Assembly (NCBI RefSeq): GCF_006345805.1
Contig: NC_043015.1
Coordinates: forward strand, 38,750,001-38,814,000
Source of the DNA: Octopus sinensis
Taxonomy: Eukaryota
Direction: 5' to 3'
DNA: 64,000 bases
The position numbers and the translations under genes were made by a program. The notes beneath the pieces are model-generated. The model did no database searches and was not told the DNA's origin. It saw only the letters and a list, made by a program, of their open reading frames with translations. This document shows positions 36,376 through 47,700 of the stretch, one piece after another. Each line of letters opens with the position of its first letter. Within the stretch, counting starts at the first letter, position 1.

Positions 36376-39016
36376 TGCCGGAGTAAACACATAAATGTGA
36401 AACAAGGTGGGAAAAAGAGTACTCAAATACCAGTGGTAGAGTAATATGCTTTATTTAAAGCAGCAGAAAATTCAACAAAACCTGTTACTCTGAGTTTCAT
36501 GTTCCCGTTCGTCGATATATATATATGTACCATATATGCATGTACTAACAATTGCAAGTGTGCACATACCACTGCTACATAAACACAGCGTGCATATACC
36601 ACTGCACATACATGTATATATGTACCATATGTGCATAACATGTGCATCTACCTACACATGCAAATGTGCACATACTACCACACACAAGCACGTGCACATA
36701 CAATTACACATGTATGTGCACAAACCAATACAGCAGCACACATGTATACACATACTGCCACATGCCTCTGCCCTCAAGAGTGCACATACCAATGTCTGCA
36801 TATTATTCTACCACATGTGTGTATATACATGTATAGATACCTTGACTAATTTATTTTCAAGCCAAAGAAGAAATCTGTGAAGTCATTTAATCTGTTAGAA
36901 ATAGCAGCTAAATCTCCCCAAACTCTTTTGTCATCAATGAGATGGTTATTGTAACCAATAAGATGATGATGATGAACAATAAAGTTACATCTTGCTCTAC
37001 TTTAAACAAGCTTTTAACAAAAAAAAAAAAAACCTGTATGAATCACTTAAACAATATCTAATTTCCTGTTTCCAATTCTTAGAACTCAAAGACTTTGCTT
37101 ATCTCTTGTCATATGGCTCATTATGTATTTCTCATTGTATTCCTCATCCTGTCTGTCTGTAGGTGATAAAAATAGCTTTGTTTAATTTATTTACATCATC
37201 ATCATCATCATCGTTTAACGTCCGTTTTCCATGCTAGCATGGGTTGGACGGTTCGACCAGAAAGCCAGGAGGCTGCACCAGGCTCCAGTCTGGTTTAGCA
37301 GTGTTTCTACAGCTGGATGCCCTTCCTAACGCCAACCACTCCATGAGTGTAGTGGTTGCTTTTTATATGCCACCGGCACATGTACCAGGGGAGGCTGGCA
37401 ATGGCCACAATCAGTTGGTGCTTATCTTTCAGTTGTATTTCTCATCCTATCTGTCTGTAGATGATAAAAATAGCTTTGTTTAATTTATTTACGACAGAAA
37501 AACAAAAAAACCGAAGAATAAGGCAAGTGAATTTAAGAAGTCTTTTATTGTGTTTTTCTCTTTTATGCCTTTATTTCAGATTAACAAAAACTGTTGTTAC
37601 TGAAACTGGCATCAACCTCATCTTTGTTGCTACGGATAAAAACCCCATGATCGAAGTATTAGAGCAACAGCTGAAAGCACAAAAGGCAAGTATTATATAT
37701 ATATGTATATATCTATCAGGGACATGCTGCCTAGTTAGGGCAAGCTAGGCAGTCCCTATCTGAATAAAATAGATTCGATAGTAACATTTTCCTTTCATGG
37801 CAAAATATGCACCTAATTCAATAAAATTATGAAGTTCCTCTCTGATTACTCTGCATGAAATGCAAAATATTTAATCTTTTTGTAGATTAGGTAGGCATAA
37901 TTCACCCCTGCCTTTCAATCTCAGTATTTAAACTACACATAGCGCTGCTGTAGTACACATGCTGCGTACATTCCTACAACAACGTTTTCTCTATGTGCTA
38001 TAAAGGTAGAAGTAAATCTGCCTCCAACTCAGTCAAGTGGCTGTGTTTTGCTAATTTTTTGTGTTTTACTACATTAATGTCACCATTTATCTACCCTGAG
38101 TAATTACTGACAGCATGTGCTTGATATATATATATATATAAAATACAAAATGGGACAAGAACTCAAAACATCCAAATACTTAGGTGATACAAAAAATGGA
38201 CAACAAAGCATCCAGACAGACGATACAAAGAAAACAAAGACAGGTCATTCGGAATTTTCTTTCCTCAGTTAAGTTCCAGGTTATCTTTGCAATTTTGGCT
38301 GGTTATACTCGAGATTACTCCAATCTGGCCAGCCCCAAGGAAAAACTAATCTAAATGCATTAGATTACTTGAAAGAAAGCAGTGAATGTATACAAAAACA
38401 AGGATGGTAAAAAACGGAGAAATGGTACACAAATACAAGGAATCTAGTGCTCTTAGCTTAGTTTTTCCTTGGGGCTGGCCAGATTGGAGCAACCTCGAGT
38501 ATAACCAGCCGAAATTGCAAAGATAATCTGGAACTCGACAGAGGAAAGAATACTCTGAATGACCCATCCTTGTTTTCTTTGTATTGTCTGTTTGGATGTT
38601 TTGCGTTCTTGCCCCATTTTTGTATTTTTTATATATAAAACATATAGTGGCGTACGTACACTTTGGACTCTTATATTTATATATACAATTACATGCTTTC
38701 TTTTTCTTCTCATTTTTCTCTTTTCCTTTCTTTCTTTCTCTCCTCCCCTTTTTGTCTGTTTCTTTTTTTCCTTCTTTCCTGTCTCTCTTCCATTCTTTCC
38801 TTGTTTCTCTCTCTCTCTCTTTAAATTTCTACTTTTTCTTCTCTTCCCAAACAGGTCCAAGTATTCCATCTCGATCCGTGGTTACCACAACTGGATCTTG
38901 CAATCCTGGAGAAATCAAAACATTTCATCGGAAACTGTATCTCTTCCTTTTCCTCATTCGTTGCTCGGTCCCGACTGCGAGAAAATGCACCAACATCCTA
39001 CTGGGGTTTCAGCTAA
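23520..39016 (+). CDS. POFUT1: GDP-fucose protein O-fucosyltransferase 1, 8 coding exons, 387 aa
   Basis: join(23520-23715,27175-27269,28862-29039,33586-33685,34506-34701,35415-35545,37580-37685,38855-39016) = 1164 nt with consistent phases. Motifs [62 protein letters not shown]. Confidence 0.96.
24135..24408. mobile_element. MITE with GC-rich palindromic TIRs (GGGTACTA...TAGTACCC type), POFUT1 intron 1
   Basis: 'ggtactacttgagaacagtggtcccagtgcgcgcactcgc' and its reverse complement at the right end; second copy at 56453-56708. Confidence 0.85.
27175..27269 (+). CDS. POFUT1: POFUT1 exon 2
   Basis: [31 protein letters not shown]; AG/GT boundaries. Confidence 0.95.
28862..29039 (+). CDS. POFUT1: POFUT1 exon 3
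   Basis: KNIPFDEWF...[21 protein letters not shown]...CRMKE. Confidence 0.95.
30108..30195 (-). ncRNA. Type I hammerhead ribozyme with long stem II (family C), antisense in POFUT1 intron 3
   Basis: AUGCAG-CUGAGGA-[57-nt hairpin]-GAAA-CGAUC-GUA-CUGCAU; perfect 6-bp stem I, palindromic ACGAUCGU stem III; the base of stem II is mismatched. Confidence 0.6.
32458..32806. repeat. Degenerate (GAT/GAC)n microsatellite
   Basis: Seen directly; intronic. Confidence 0.9.
33586..33685 (+). CDS. POFUT1: POFUT1 exon 4
   Basis: [15 protein letters not shown]...WKER. Confidence 0.95.
34506..34701 (+). CDS. POFUT1: POFUT1 exon 5
   Basis: [20 protein letters not shown]...[10 protein letters not shown]. Confidence 0.95.
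35415..35545 (+). CDS. POFUT1: POFUT1 exon 6
   Basis: VNAC...MASPQCLGY...[10 protein letters not shown]. Confidence 0.95.
37580..37685 (+). CDS. POFUT1: POFUT1 exon 7 (GC donor)
   Basis: [23 protein letters not shown]...KAQK; donor AAG|GCAAGT. Confidence 0.9.
38139..38634. repeat. Diverged inverted repeat pair (~200-bp arms) beside (TA)n in POFUT1 intron 7
   Basis: 'ctccaatctggccagccccaaggaaaaactaa' versus 'ttagtttttccttggggctggccagattggag'. Confidence 0.8.
38855..39016 (+). CDS. POFUT1: POFUT1 exon 8 (terminal)
   Basis: [40 protein letters not shown]...SYWGFS*. Confidence 0.95.
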   Translation, partial: VQVFHLDPWLPQLDLAILEKSKHFIGNCISSFSSFVARSRLRENAPTSYWGFS

Positions 39017-40145
39017 CCTTAGTTCCCTATTTATACAACCACCCGTTGTGTCATGCACTCTTGTTTGTTTATGTTTGTTTGTTTGTCTCTTAAACTGGTG
39101 TTAAGCAAGTTTGGTCCGTCTCGTTGGGAGAAGCGTCGAATTCTCTGAAAGCCATAGCACAAGATCAAATACCAGTGGAAACCAGATGGAATAATATTTG
39201 CACATCTGACTTTCTTCGAGAAATTTTTTTAAAAATATTTTTTGTGATTTGCCATTTCACTGGATTGGTAAATTTAAAAAAAAATTTTGTAACGGATAAA
39301 AATAATTTTTAAAAAATAGAATATTGATAGTTATAGGAATAATAATAAAAAGTTTTAAAAATAATTAAAATTTTTGTACAGAATGTTCTTTTCTTTTTAA
39401 TTAATTAATTAATTAAATGAATGAATGAAAGCTTTTAAGAAATGAAATAAAAAATGTTTGTAGGATTTCTTTTGGTTGATGTGTTTGAACGAATGTTTAA
39501 TCCTTTGGATTCCATCCTGCCTGAGATTGCACCTGGCGCTATGATACCATATCTTTGTGAACTAGACTCTTCATTATCATCATCATCATCGTTTAACGTC
39601 CGCTTTCCATGCTAGCATGGGTTGGACGATTTGACTGAGGGCTGGCGAACCAGATGGCTGCACCAGGCTCCAATCTTGATCTGGCAGAATTTCTACAGCT
39701 GGATGCCCTTCCTAACGCCAAACACTTGTGGTACTATTTATTCTATCAAACTTATGCATGTATACACTCTGCCAAGAGCTGGAGTTGAGCCAGAGCCTTT
39801 ACATACATAGACATACACACGTACATACATGCTTGCATACATATTTAAACACACGTGATAGTTTCCAAATTCCTTCACATATACAATTTCGTTTCGCTCT
39901 ACACAGCCTGGGGTGGCTCAGAAAAAGGCGAAACTCTGTTGGAGAAGAGAATGTGGGAAAGAGATCCTCGGAGTTGCGACGGTTGGATAAAGTAAAGCCA
40001 CAGGACTGGAGATTAGTGTATCACAAATGACATGAAATGAAAAAGTATTATGCCACAAAACACCGATTTATGCTATTCCATTTAAGGCGATCTTTCGGTA
40101 CAAGTACCATGACTGCCAAGTCTGTTTACATTTGAAGAAGAACCC

Positions 40146-40261
40146 AAACGTTGGGTTGGCGATCTTTCGGTACAAGTACCATAACTGCCAATTATAAACC
40201 CACGTGGGTTTATAATTGGCAGTTATGGTACTTGTACCGAAAGATCGCCAACCCAACGTTT
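40146..40261. repeat. Perfect 116-bp spacerless palindrome (MITE-derived)
   Basis: Checked base by base; centre cccac|gtggg; extra partial arm at 40086-40117. Confidence 0.9.
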
Positions 40262-40984
40262 TTAAAAAGCGAAGTGAATTCTCTTAGTCAAACTGGAGTT
40301 ACCTCCCGTGGCTGAGGAGAATAACTTCACTGATGATCAAATCTAGTTGTCTCCCTTCCATTGTCAGAAAACGGAAGAAATCCTACGACCCCGTTTCTCC
40401 TTTGAAGTTGTCTGACAGAATTTGTTGAAGAAAAACATACTGTCTCCCATACACGAACTTCATAAAACATCCTTCCAAGAGTGTGTAACGAGGAATTTCG
40501 TCATCTCACGGATGACGTCGAGTTTCAAAGAAATAAATTCGAAGTTTACCATTCTTAGTTACCATTTCTATTGGAATGGCTGTTAAGTCAGGCAAACTCG
40601 ACTGACACATTTCTCATCAAGGATGCAACAAATACGAAGGCTTCTTCTGGTTTATGAAGTGTTAAGGTTCGGGTTAACCTATGTATGTCTATACTGTACT
40701 ATGGGCTAGACTTGAATCTGAACCCCTACTTACTTAGACCTACACACGTACGTACGTGCAGGCATGCATGTTTAAATACACACGGGTTTCCAATTTCCTT
40801 GATGCGCTTATCGGCATTTCGTCTGGCTTTATGTCCTAAGTTCAAATTCAGCCAAAGTCGACATTGCTTTTCCTCCTTTCGGGGTCGATTAAAAAGCACC
40901 AGTTTGAATATTAGAGTCGATGTAATCTACTTACCCGCTCTCATAAAAAATTGCTAGAGCCAAGATTTGAGAATAATATTAATT

Positions 40985-41382
40985 TATAATAATAATAATA
41001 ATAATAATGACATTAATAATGATAATAATAATAATATTAATGATAATAATTATGATATTAATAATGATAATAATAATAATATTAATGTTAATAATAATAA
41101 TATTAATAATAATGATAATAATAATAATAATAATGATAATAATAATAATAATGATGATGATAATAATAATAATATTGATGATGATAATAATAATAATATT
41201 GATGATGATAATAATAATAATATTAATAATGATAATGATAATAATAATATTAATAATAATTATGATATTAATAATGATAATAATATTAATGTTAATAATA
41301 ATAATATTAATAATAATGATAATAATAATAATAATAAAAATAATAATGAAATTATTGTATACTGTGCTCAGGTGCACCACAA
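40985..41382 (-). repeat. Long degenerate (AAT)n tract adjoining a LINE 3'-end remnant
   Basis: 'attgtatactgtgctcaggtgcac' matches the CR1-like LINE 3' end 'attgtgtacagtgctcaggtgcac'. Confidence 0.7.
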
Positions 41383-41611
41383 TCAGAATGTTGATTGTAT
41401 ATAGTCTGCAGATCTTTAGAAATTCGATCAACACATATTTCCTACAAACAAACCCTAACAAGGCTTGGAGACGAGTATTTATAACTCACTGAGAACTGCC
41501 ATGCCTGTATTTAGTTAACTTAAGGGACATTCAGCAAAAGACACCGAACGTTGCTGGAACGTTTTTCTGTTGGGAACATCAACATATTGTCACCGTTGCT
41601 AAGTTGTTGTA

Positions 41612-41782
41612 ATGGCGGCTCCCGGCAAGCATCGATCGAATGCAACAGATTCTGAGACTGTTGCGAAAAAGAAACGTTTTCCTGGTCATTGGAGCCAGGG
41701 ATTATTGTCTTCCATGGAAAACCCAGAGTTACGTGTAGACAGCGATGACCAGGCTGTAGTTATAAAAGATAAATACCCAAAG
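41612..41782 (+). CDS. APTX: APTX exon 1
   Basis: MAAPG...[11 protein letters not shown]...VIKDKYPK|GT. Confidence 0.92.
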
Positions 41783-44700
41783 GTATCATTTGGCCTTCCC
41801 ACTCTTGTGTGTCCCGCACCGAGTTTCTTGCCGCATGGCTTACACAAAAAGGGATATTTTTTTAATGAAATATTCTACAAATACGTTTCAGATAGTGTAG
41901 ATTCCAATATAATCGGAATCTGTTTAACATCTGTGTTTTCGTCACCAAAAACATGACTTCAGAGTAATTGAGGGTTCAAAGAGGATGAAGTGTGTTACGA
42001 ATCTTCTAAAGGAAAATGATGATGATCATCATCATCATCGTTTAGCATTCAGCTTCCTATTAAAAAGGGAGTGGTTCCAAGGAGAGGAGGAGATAACTAA
42101 TAGCGCAAAAGAGGGTAAAATGCCTGCAGGTTCTGCTCATAATTACAATTGCTTAGAAGTGCTGTAGTTAAAAGAGTGATGGAGTGTTTAGGAGAGTGAG
42201 AGGTGGGGAAGGTTTGACAGGAACAGGGCTTAATGAGTGTAGAGACATAATGCTTTTAGGACCTCACATTTGCCATGATGGATGCCTCTTCTCAAGCATA
42301 GTACATTGTTGAATCATCTCGTCCTTTGTCATCTCTCTGAGGCTCAGCATCTTGAAATCAGCCTCCACTACTTTGTCCAATGTCTGTTTTTGAAAATCAG
42401 ATCACACAAATATAGTATAGATGTTGTAGACATAACAACAAACAGAAACTTTGTTTTTCGTATTAAATATCATTTCTATAATTAATAAAACTACATTTTT
42501 AAGGGTTTTTTTCCTTCATTTTTTTTCTTATATGGGTTTGCTAGTTTCTATCCTCATTTTATTTCCTTCTAGGCTAAATATCATTTCCTAGTTCTTCCAA
42601 AAATGAAGATTTCAAATTTGAAGTCTGTTACCGGAGATCATGTCAGTCTTCTCAAACATATGCATAAAATGGGAAGTAAGATAGCCAAAAGGTAAGCCTT
42701 AATTTTACTTAAGTTAATTACGATTAAGAAATAAACAAATATTTAGCAATCCTAAAGATTTAATGTCACTTACTTTAGACTTTCCATGATTATTGAAATC
42801 TACAAATGAGTGAGCTGTCCATATAAATCCAGAGAGAAACATCATCATCATCATCATCGTTTAACGTCCGTTTTCCATGCTAGCATGGGTTGGACTGTTT
42901 GACCTGGATCTGGGAAGCCAGGAGGCTGCACCAGGCTCCAATCTGATCTGGCAGTGTTTCTATGGCTGGATGCCCTTCCTAATGCCAACCACTCCGTGAG
43001 TGTAGTGGGTGCTTTTTATGTGCCACTGGCATAGGTGCCAGGGGAGGCTGGCAATGACCACAAACCGTTGGTGCTTTTTACGTGCCACCGGCACAGAAGC
43101 CCATCAATGTGGTGCTGGCATCGACCACGTATGGATGGTGCTATTTACATGCCACTGGCACAGGTGCCAGAGGAGGCTAGCAAGGGCCACGATCGGTTGG
43201 TGGTTTTTGTGTGCCACCGACACGGAAGCCAGTCAAGGTGGCACTGGCATGGAAATATTAATAAAAGCAAAAGCCTTATAAATTACATATAAGTGCAACT
43301 TGAAATGAAACAGATGATACTGGCTTCATTTACCAGGAACTTAAACCTGGCACTCCATTGGTTATGATGAAGAGGGTTCCAGTTGATGCAATCAATGGAA
43401 AATCCTGTTTGTGTAATTAACGTGCAAGTGATTGAGTACTTCACAGACACTCATACCCTTAACTTAGATCTCGGGGAGATTCAGTGTGATACAGGATGTG
43501 ACAAGGCCGGTCCTTTGGAAGACGGGTGAAACTCATTTTTGCCAGCTGAGTGGACTGGAGCAATGAGAAATAAAGTGTCTTGCTCAAGGACACAACACAT
43601 TGATGGGAATTGAACTCACCACTTTACGATTGTGAGCTGAATGCCCTAACTGCTAAGTGCTGCACCTTTGCAGGAACTTATTTCCGATGTGACAACATTC
43701 CACTTGCATCACAGAATATATATTGACACTTTATTATGGAAATTTTAAATCTGTCGCATTTTATAAGCAAAGGAAACAAATGTCTGTGTACAATTTTCAC
43801 AGGTGATTTCAGAATATAAGAATGATGTCCCTGAAAACTAAATATTCCACAGGTGATCTCAGAATATTTTGAAAGACTGCACAATAGGAATGATGTCCCT
43901 GAAAACTAAATTTTCATTTTTTTACATCCATTTTTTCATGCTTGGAAAGCTGAGATCCTTTAGTACACCCAATTTTTTAAAAAATATAATTGGTGACCCT
44001 TCTCACCTTTATCCACTCAACCCAGGAGTAAGAGTGTTACCTCACTGATCAGTTTATTTGATCAAGGGATCTGATATATTTTCTTTATTTGATCTATTTC
44101 AGGAGTGATGAAAATCTCAAGTTTAAGATGGGATACCACAGCATCCCTAGCATGGGGTATGGTACTATCAAACTTTTTTATTTCTATTTTAAATTTTTTG
44201 AAGATTATAGTTTATTGTATTATATAATAGTATATTCGAGCAAGGTCATTGCCAGTACTGCCTGACTGGCCCCCGTGCCGGTGGCATGTAAAAAGGCACC
44301 TACTACACTCTCGGAGTAGTTGGCATTAGGAAGGGCATCCAGCTGTAGAAACTCTGCCAGATCAAGACTGGAGCCTGGTGCAGCCATCTGGTTCACCAGC
44401 CCTCAGTCAAAATCATCCAACCCTTGCTAGCATGGAAAGCGGACGTTAAACAATGATGCTGTATTTTATAATAATAGTATGTAAAATGGCACAATCCCAG
44501 CAAACTAATAAACATTTCCTATGAGCTACTCTGAGTTACTTTTCTCATAACATAGTGTCAGTGAAATCTGAAACCCCTGTTATTTTAATGCGTACTCTCT
44601 GTTGGCAAAAACTTGGAGTACATCTTCCGAGTTTCCTTCACAACAGGAAATAACAAGTAAAAAGGATGCAGTGGTGAGGAAGACCTTGCCAACCTGTGCA

Positions 44701-47700
44701 ACCGGGGGAAAAAAAAGAAAAATTAGTGTAAAATAATGAGGAGAAGGATGGCGTTGGTGATGGCAACAGTAGCAGTGGTGACAATGACGATGTAACATGG
44801 CAACCACTCTAGGGCTGGTGCCATGGTAAAATGCAGTTTGCACACTCAGTGAAGTGGTTAGCTTTAAGGAACATCATCCAGCCTAGAAGTGAAGTCAAAT
44901 GACATATGACCTCTGAGGTCAGTGACTCCCAAATAAGAACTGATTCAGAGTGTAATGACCCATCCAACCCATGCCAGCATGGGAAACAAACATAAAATGA
45001 TGGTGATTTATATGTGGCTGTGTGCTAAGACACTTGCTTCCCAACCACATGGTTCCAGGTTCAGTCCCGCTGCGTGGCATCTTGGGCAAGTGTCTTCTAC
45101 TATAGCCTTGGGCCAACCAAAGTCTTGTGAATGGGTTTCGTAGATGGAAACTGAAAGAAGCTCATCATATATATATATATATTTGTGTGTCTGTGTCACT
45201 TGACAACCAATGGTGTGATTATGTCCCAGTAACTTAGCAGTTCAGCAAAAGATACTGATGGAATAAGTTCTAGGCTTACAAAGTATAACTCCTGGAGTTG
45301 ATTTATTCGACTAAAAGCAGTGCTCCAACATGGCCATAGTGAAAATGCCTGAAACAAGTAAAAAAATAAATAAAAGAATGTACTCAAAGGAAATCTACAA
45401 GTTTTAAGTTCCCAAGATATTGTAAAAGTGATTTTCAATGATCCTTTATCCTGGCAGAGGAAATAAAGATAACCCCGTTGATAAATGCTCAAGGATTACT
45501 TCTGTTTGGTGTAATAATTTATTATTCTGTCTCTGAATACACAAATGTAAGAAATTCCTCAATCAGTCTCATATTTAACTCTATCAACATTGTTAATAAA
45601 AAGTACCAACCATGACCATTCTTCATTTTTCCAGCCAGCTCCATCTTCATGTGATCAGTGAAGACTTTTGCAGTCCATGTTTAAAAACTAAGAAACATTG
45701 GAATTCTTTCACAACAAGTTATTTCATAGACTCAACCGGTGAGTATATCTATTGTACTAAATCTATATTTTATTACTTTAAAAAGCATATTCTGTTGTGT
45801 CTGGGGAGAGTCATTTTCTTTTTGTACCTTATTATGTAACACACTCACAGGTAAAATTTCCACTTTTTTCTTATTTTTATTTTCCTAAAATTTTCGTTGC
45901 GTCTTGCAACCTTTTCAATAGTCTTGACTCTTGCAACCTTCAATAGTCTTGACTCTTGCAACCTTTTCAAGAGTCAAGACTATTGAAAAGGTTGCAAGAC
46001 GCAACAAAAATTTTAGGAAAATAAAAATAAGAAATAAGTGGAAATTTTACCTGTGAGTGTGTTACATTATAAGGCACAAAAAGAAAATGACTCTCCCCAG
46101 ACACAACAGAATATGCTTCAACACACCTAAAGACATTATTATTATTCCTCACCACTCTGCATCAAAGAATTAAATCCAGCTACAATCTGAAACTCGTATT
46201 TATATTTTAAAGGTTCAAGTAGCCTCCCCTCTTTCACAATTGCTCACCATCCTTGGTCTCACCATCAAACAAAGAAAAAGATCAGCATTTTTTCATCTCA
46301 TCCTGTTTTTTTTTCCAAATGTATTTTCAGAGGTTATCGAAACAGTTGAGAAAGAAGGCAAGCTCTCAGTTGATGAAACATTAAACCAGAAATTACTGAA
46401 AGAAAATCTAAGGTAAATTCACGTCTAACACACTCCAATTCTTAATTAGAAATCCTATTTATTTGATATTAATTAAGGTTATCCTAATGTTGTATAATAG
46501 TATTTTTATTTGTGTTGGTTGTTTTTTAATTAAAATTCAAATTCAAAATTATATTCTCTGAATATATTTCTCTAATTACAAATAATTGTTATAGATTGAG
46601 CTGTAGTATTAGAAAGCTTTATTCAAATTGCTGGTGTCTGGTAATGTAACAATGCCAGCCCAGGGCTATATTTAGTGGGATAAATTAATATAAAGCTTTT
46701 GTTGTTAAATTAAAATTCTCATTTCAAATTGTCAATTTCTCAACAAATCATTTATTGGATAAGAAATAACCCCAAATGGAAAATTTTAAATAATTTTCCT
46801 TGTTACCAGCTAGATAGAGCCTTTAACATAAAAAAGGGTGCTGGGTGAGCATTTATTTTCAAACACTGTCACAAAATTATGACTGAAACCCAGAATTAAG
46901 GCGGTGGGGAGCTGGCAGAAACGTTAGCACGCCGGGTGAAATGCGTAGCCGTATTTCGTCTGCCGCTAAGTTCTGAGTTCAAATTCCGCCGAGGTCAACT
47001 TTGCCTTTCATCCTTTCGGGGTTGATAAATTAAGTACCAGTAAACAACTGGGGTCGGTATAATCGACTTAATCCGTTTGTCTGTCCTTGTTTAGTCCCTT
47101 GTGGGTAATAAAGAAATAGGCATTTCGTCTGTCTTTACGTTCTGAGTTCGAATCCTGTCGAGGTCAACTTTGCATTTCATCCTTTCGGGGTCGATAAATT
47201 AAGTACCAGTAAACAACTGGGGTTGATATGATCGACTTAATCCGTTTGTCTGTCTTTGTTTGTCCCTCTATGTTTAGCCCCTTGTGGGCAATAAAGAAAT
47301 ATGAAACTCAGAATTTAGAATAAAAAAATGTATGTTCTTCCTGAAACATAAGAATAGGAACCTTTTCATTAAAAACATGACAAATATTTAGACCTTTCAG
47401 AATCCAGAGGGAAATGAGATCTAATTACTGTTTTTATCTAACATTGTATAGTTCCTGAAATATTATAGTTTCCTACCAATATTTTGTTAATAAAAGCAAT
47501 ACTTTATCTGTTATGGTATTGCCTGAAACATTGCCAGAACTATCCAAAAGCTAAGATTCTTCTTCAGTGCCAGAAAATATTTTGCCCTTGAACCTTTGCT
47601 GTCTTTGCATGTTCTAAAAACATTCAACTAATACCCTCATTAAAATATTGCTGAGATGGTGCTGCTACATGTAGACAGACATCCTATACAACATCAGAAG

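Noticed and set aside
38235-38272. Hammerhead-like CTGAGGA...GAAT GAC..GTC on the - strand
   Set aside because: GAAT replaces GAAA and stems I/II are weak, so it is not called a ribozyme; noted only as a possible degenerate relative
39014-39022. Stop readthrough or editing that would restore an ER-retention tail on POFUT1
   Set aside because: TAA is followed by CCT TAG, so a single readthrough adds no xDEL motif
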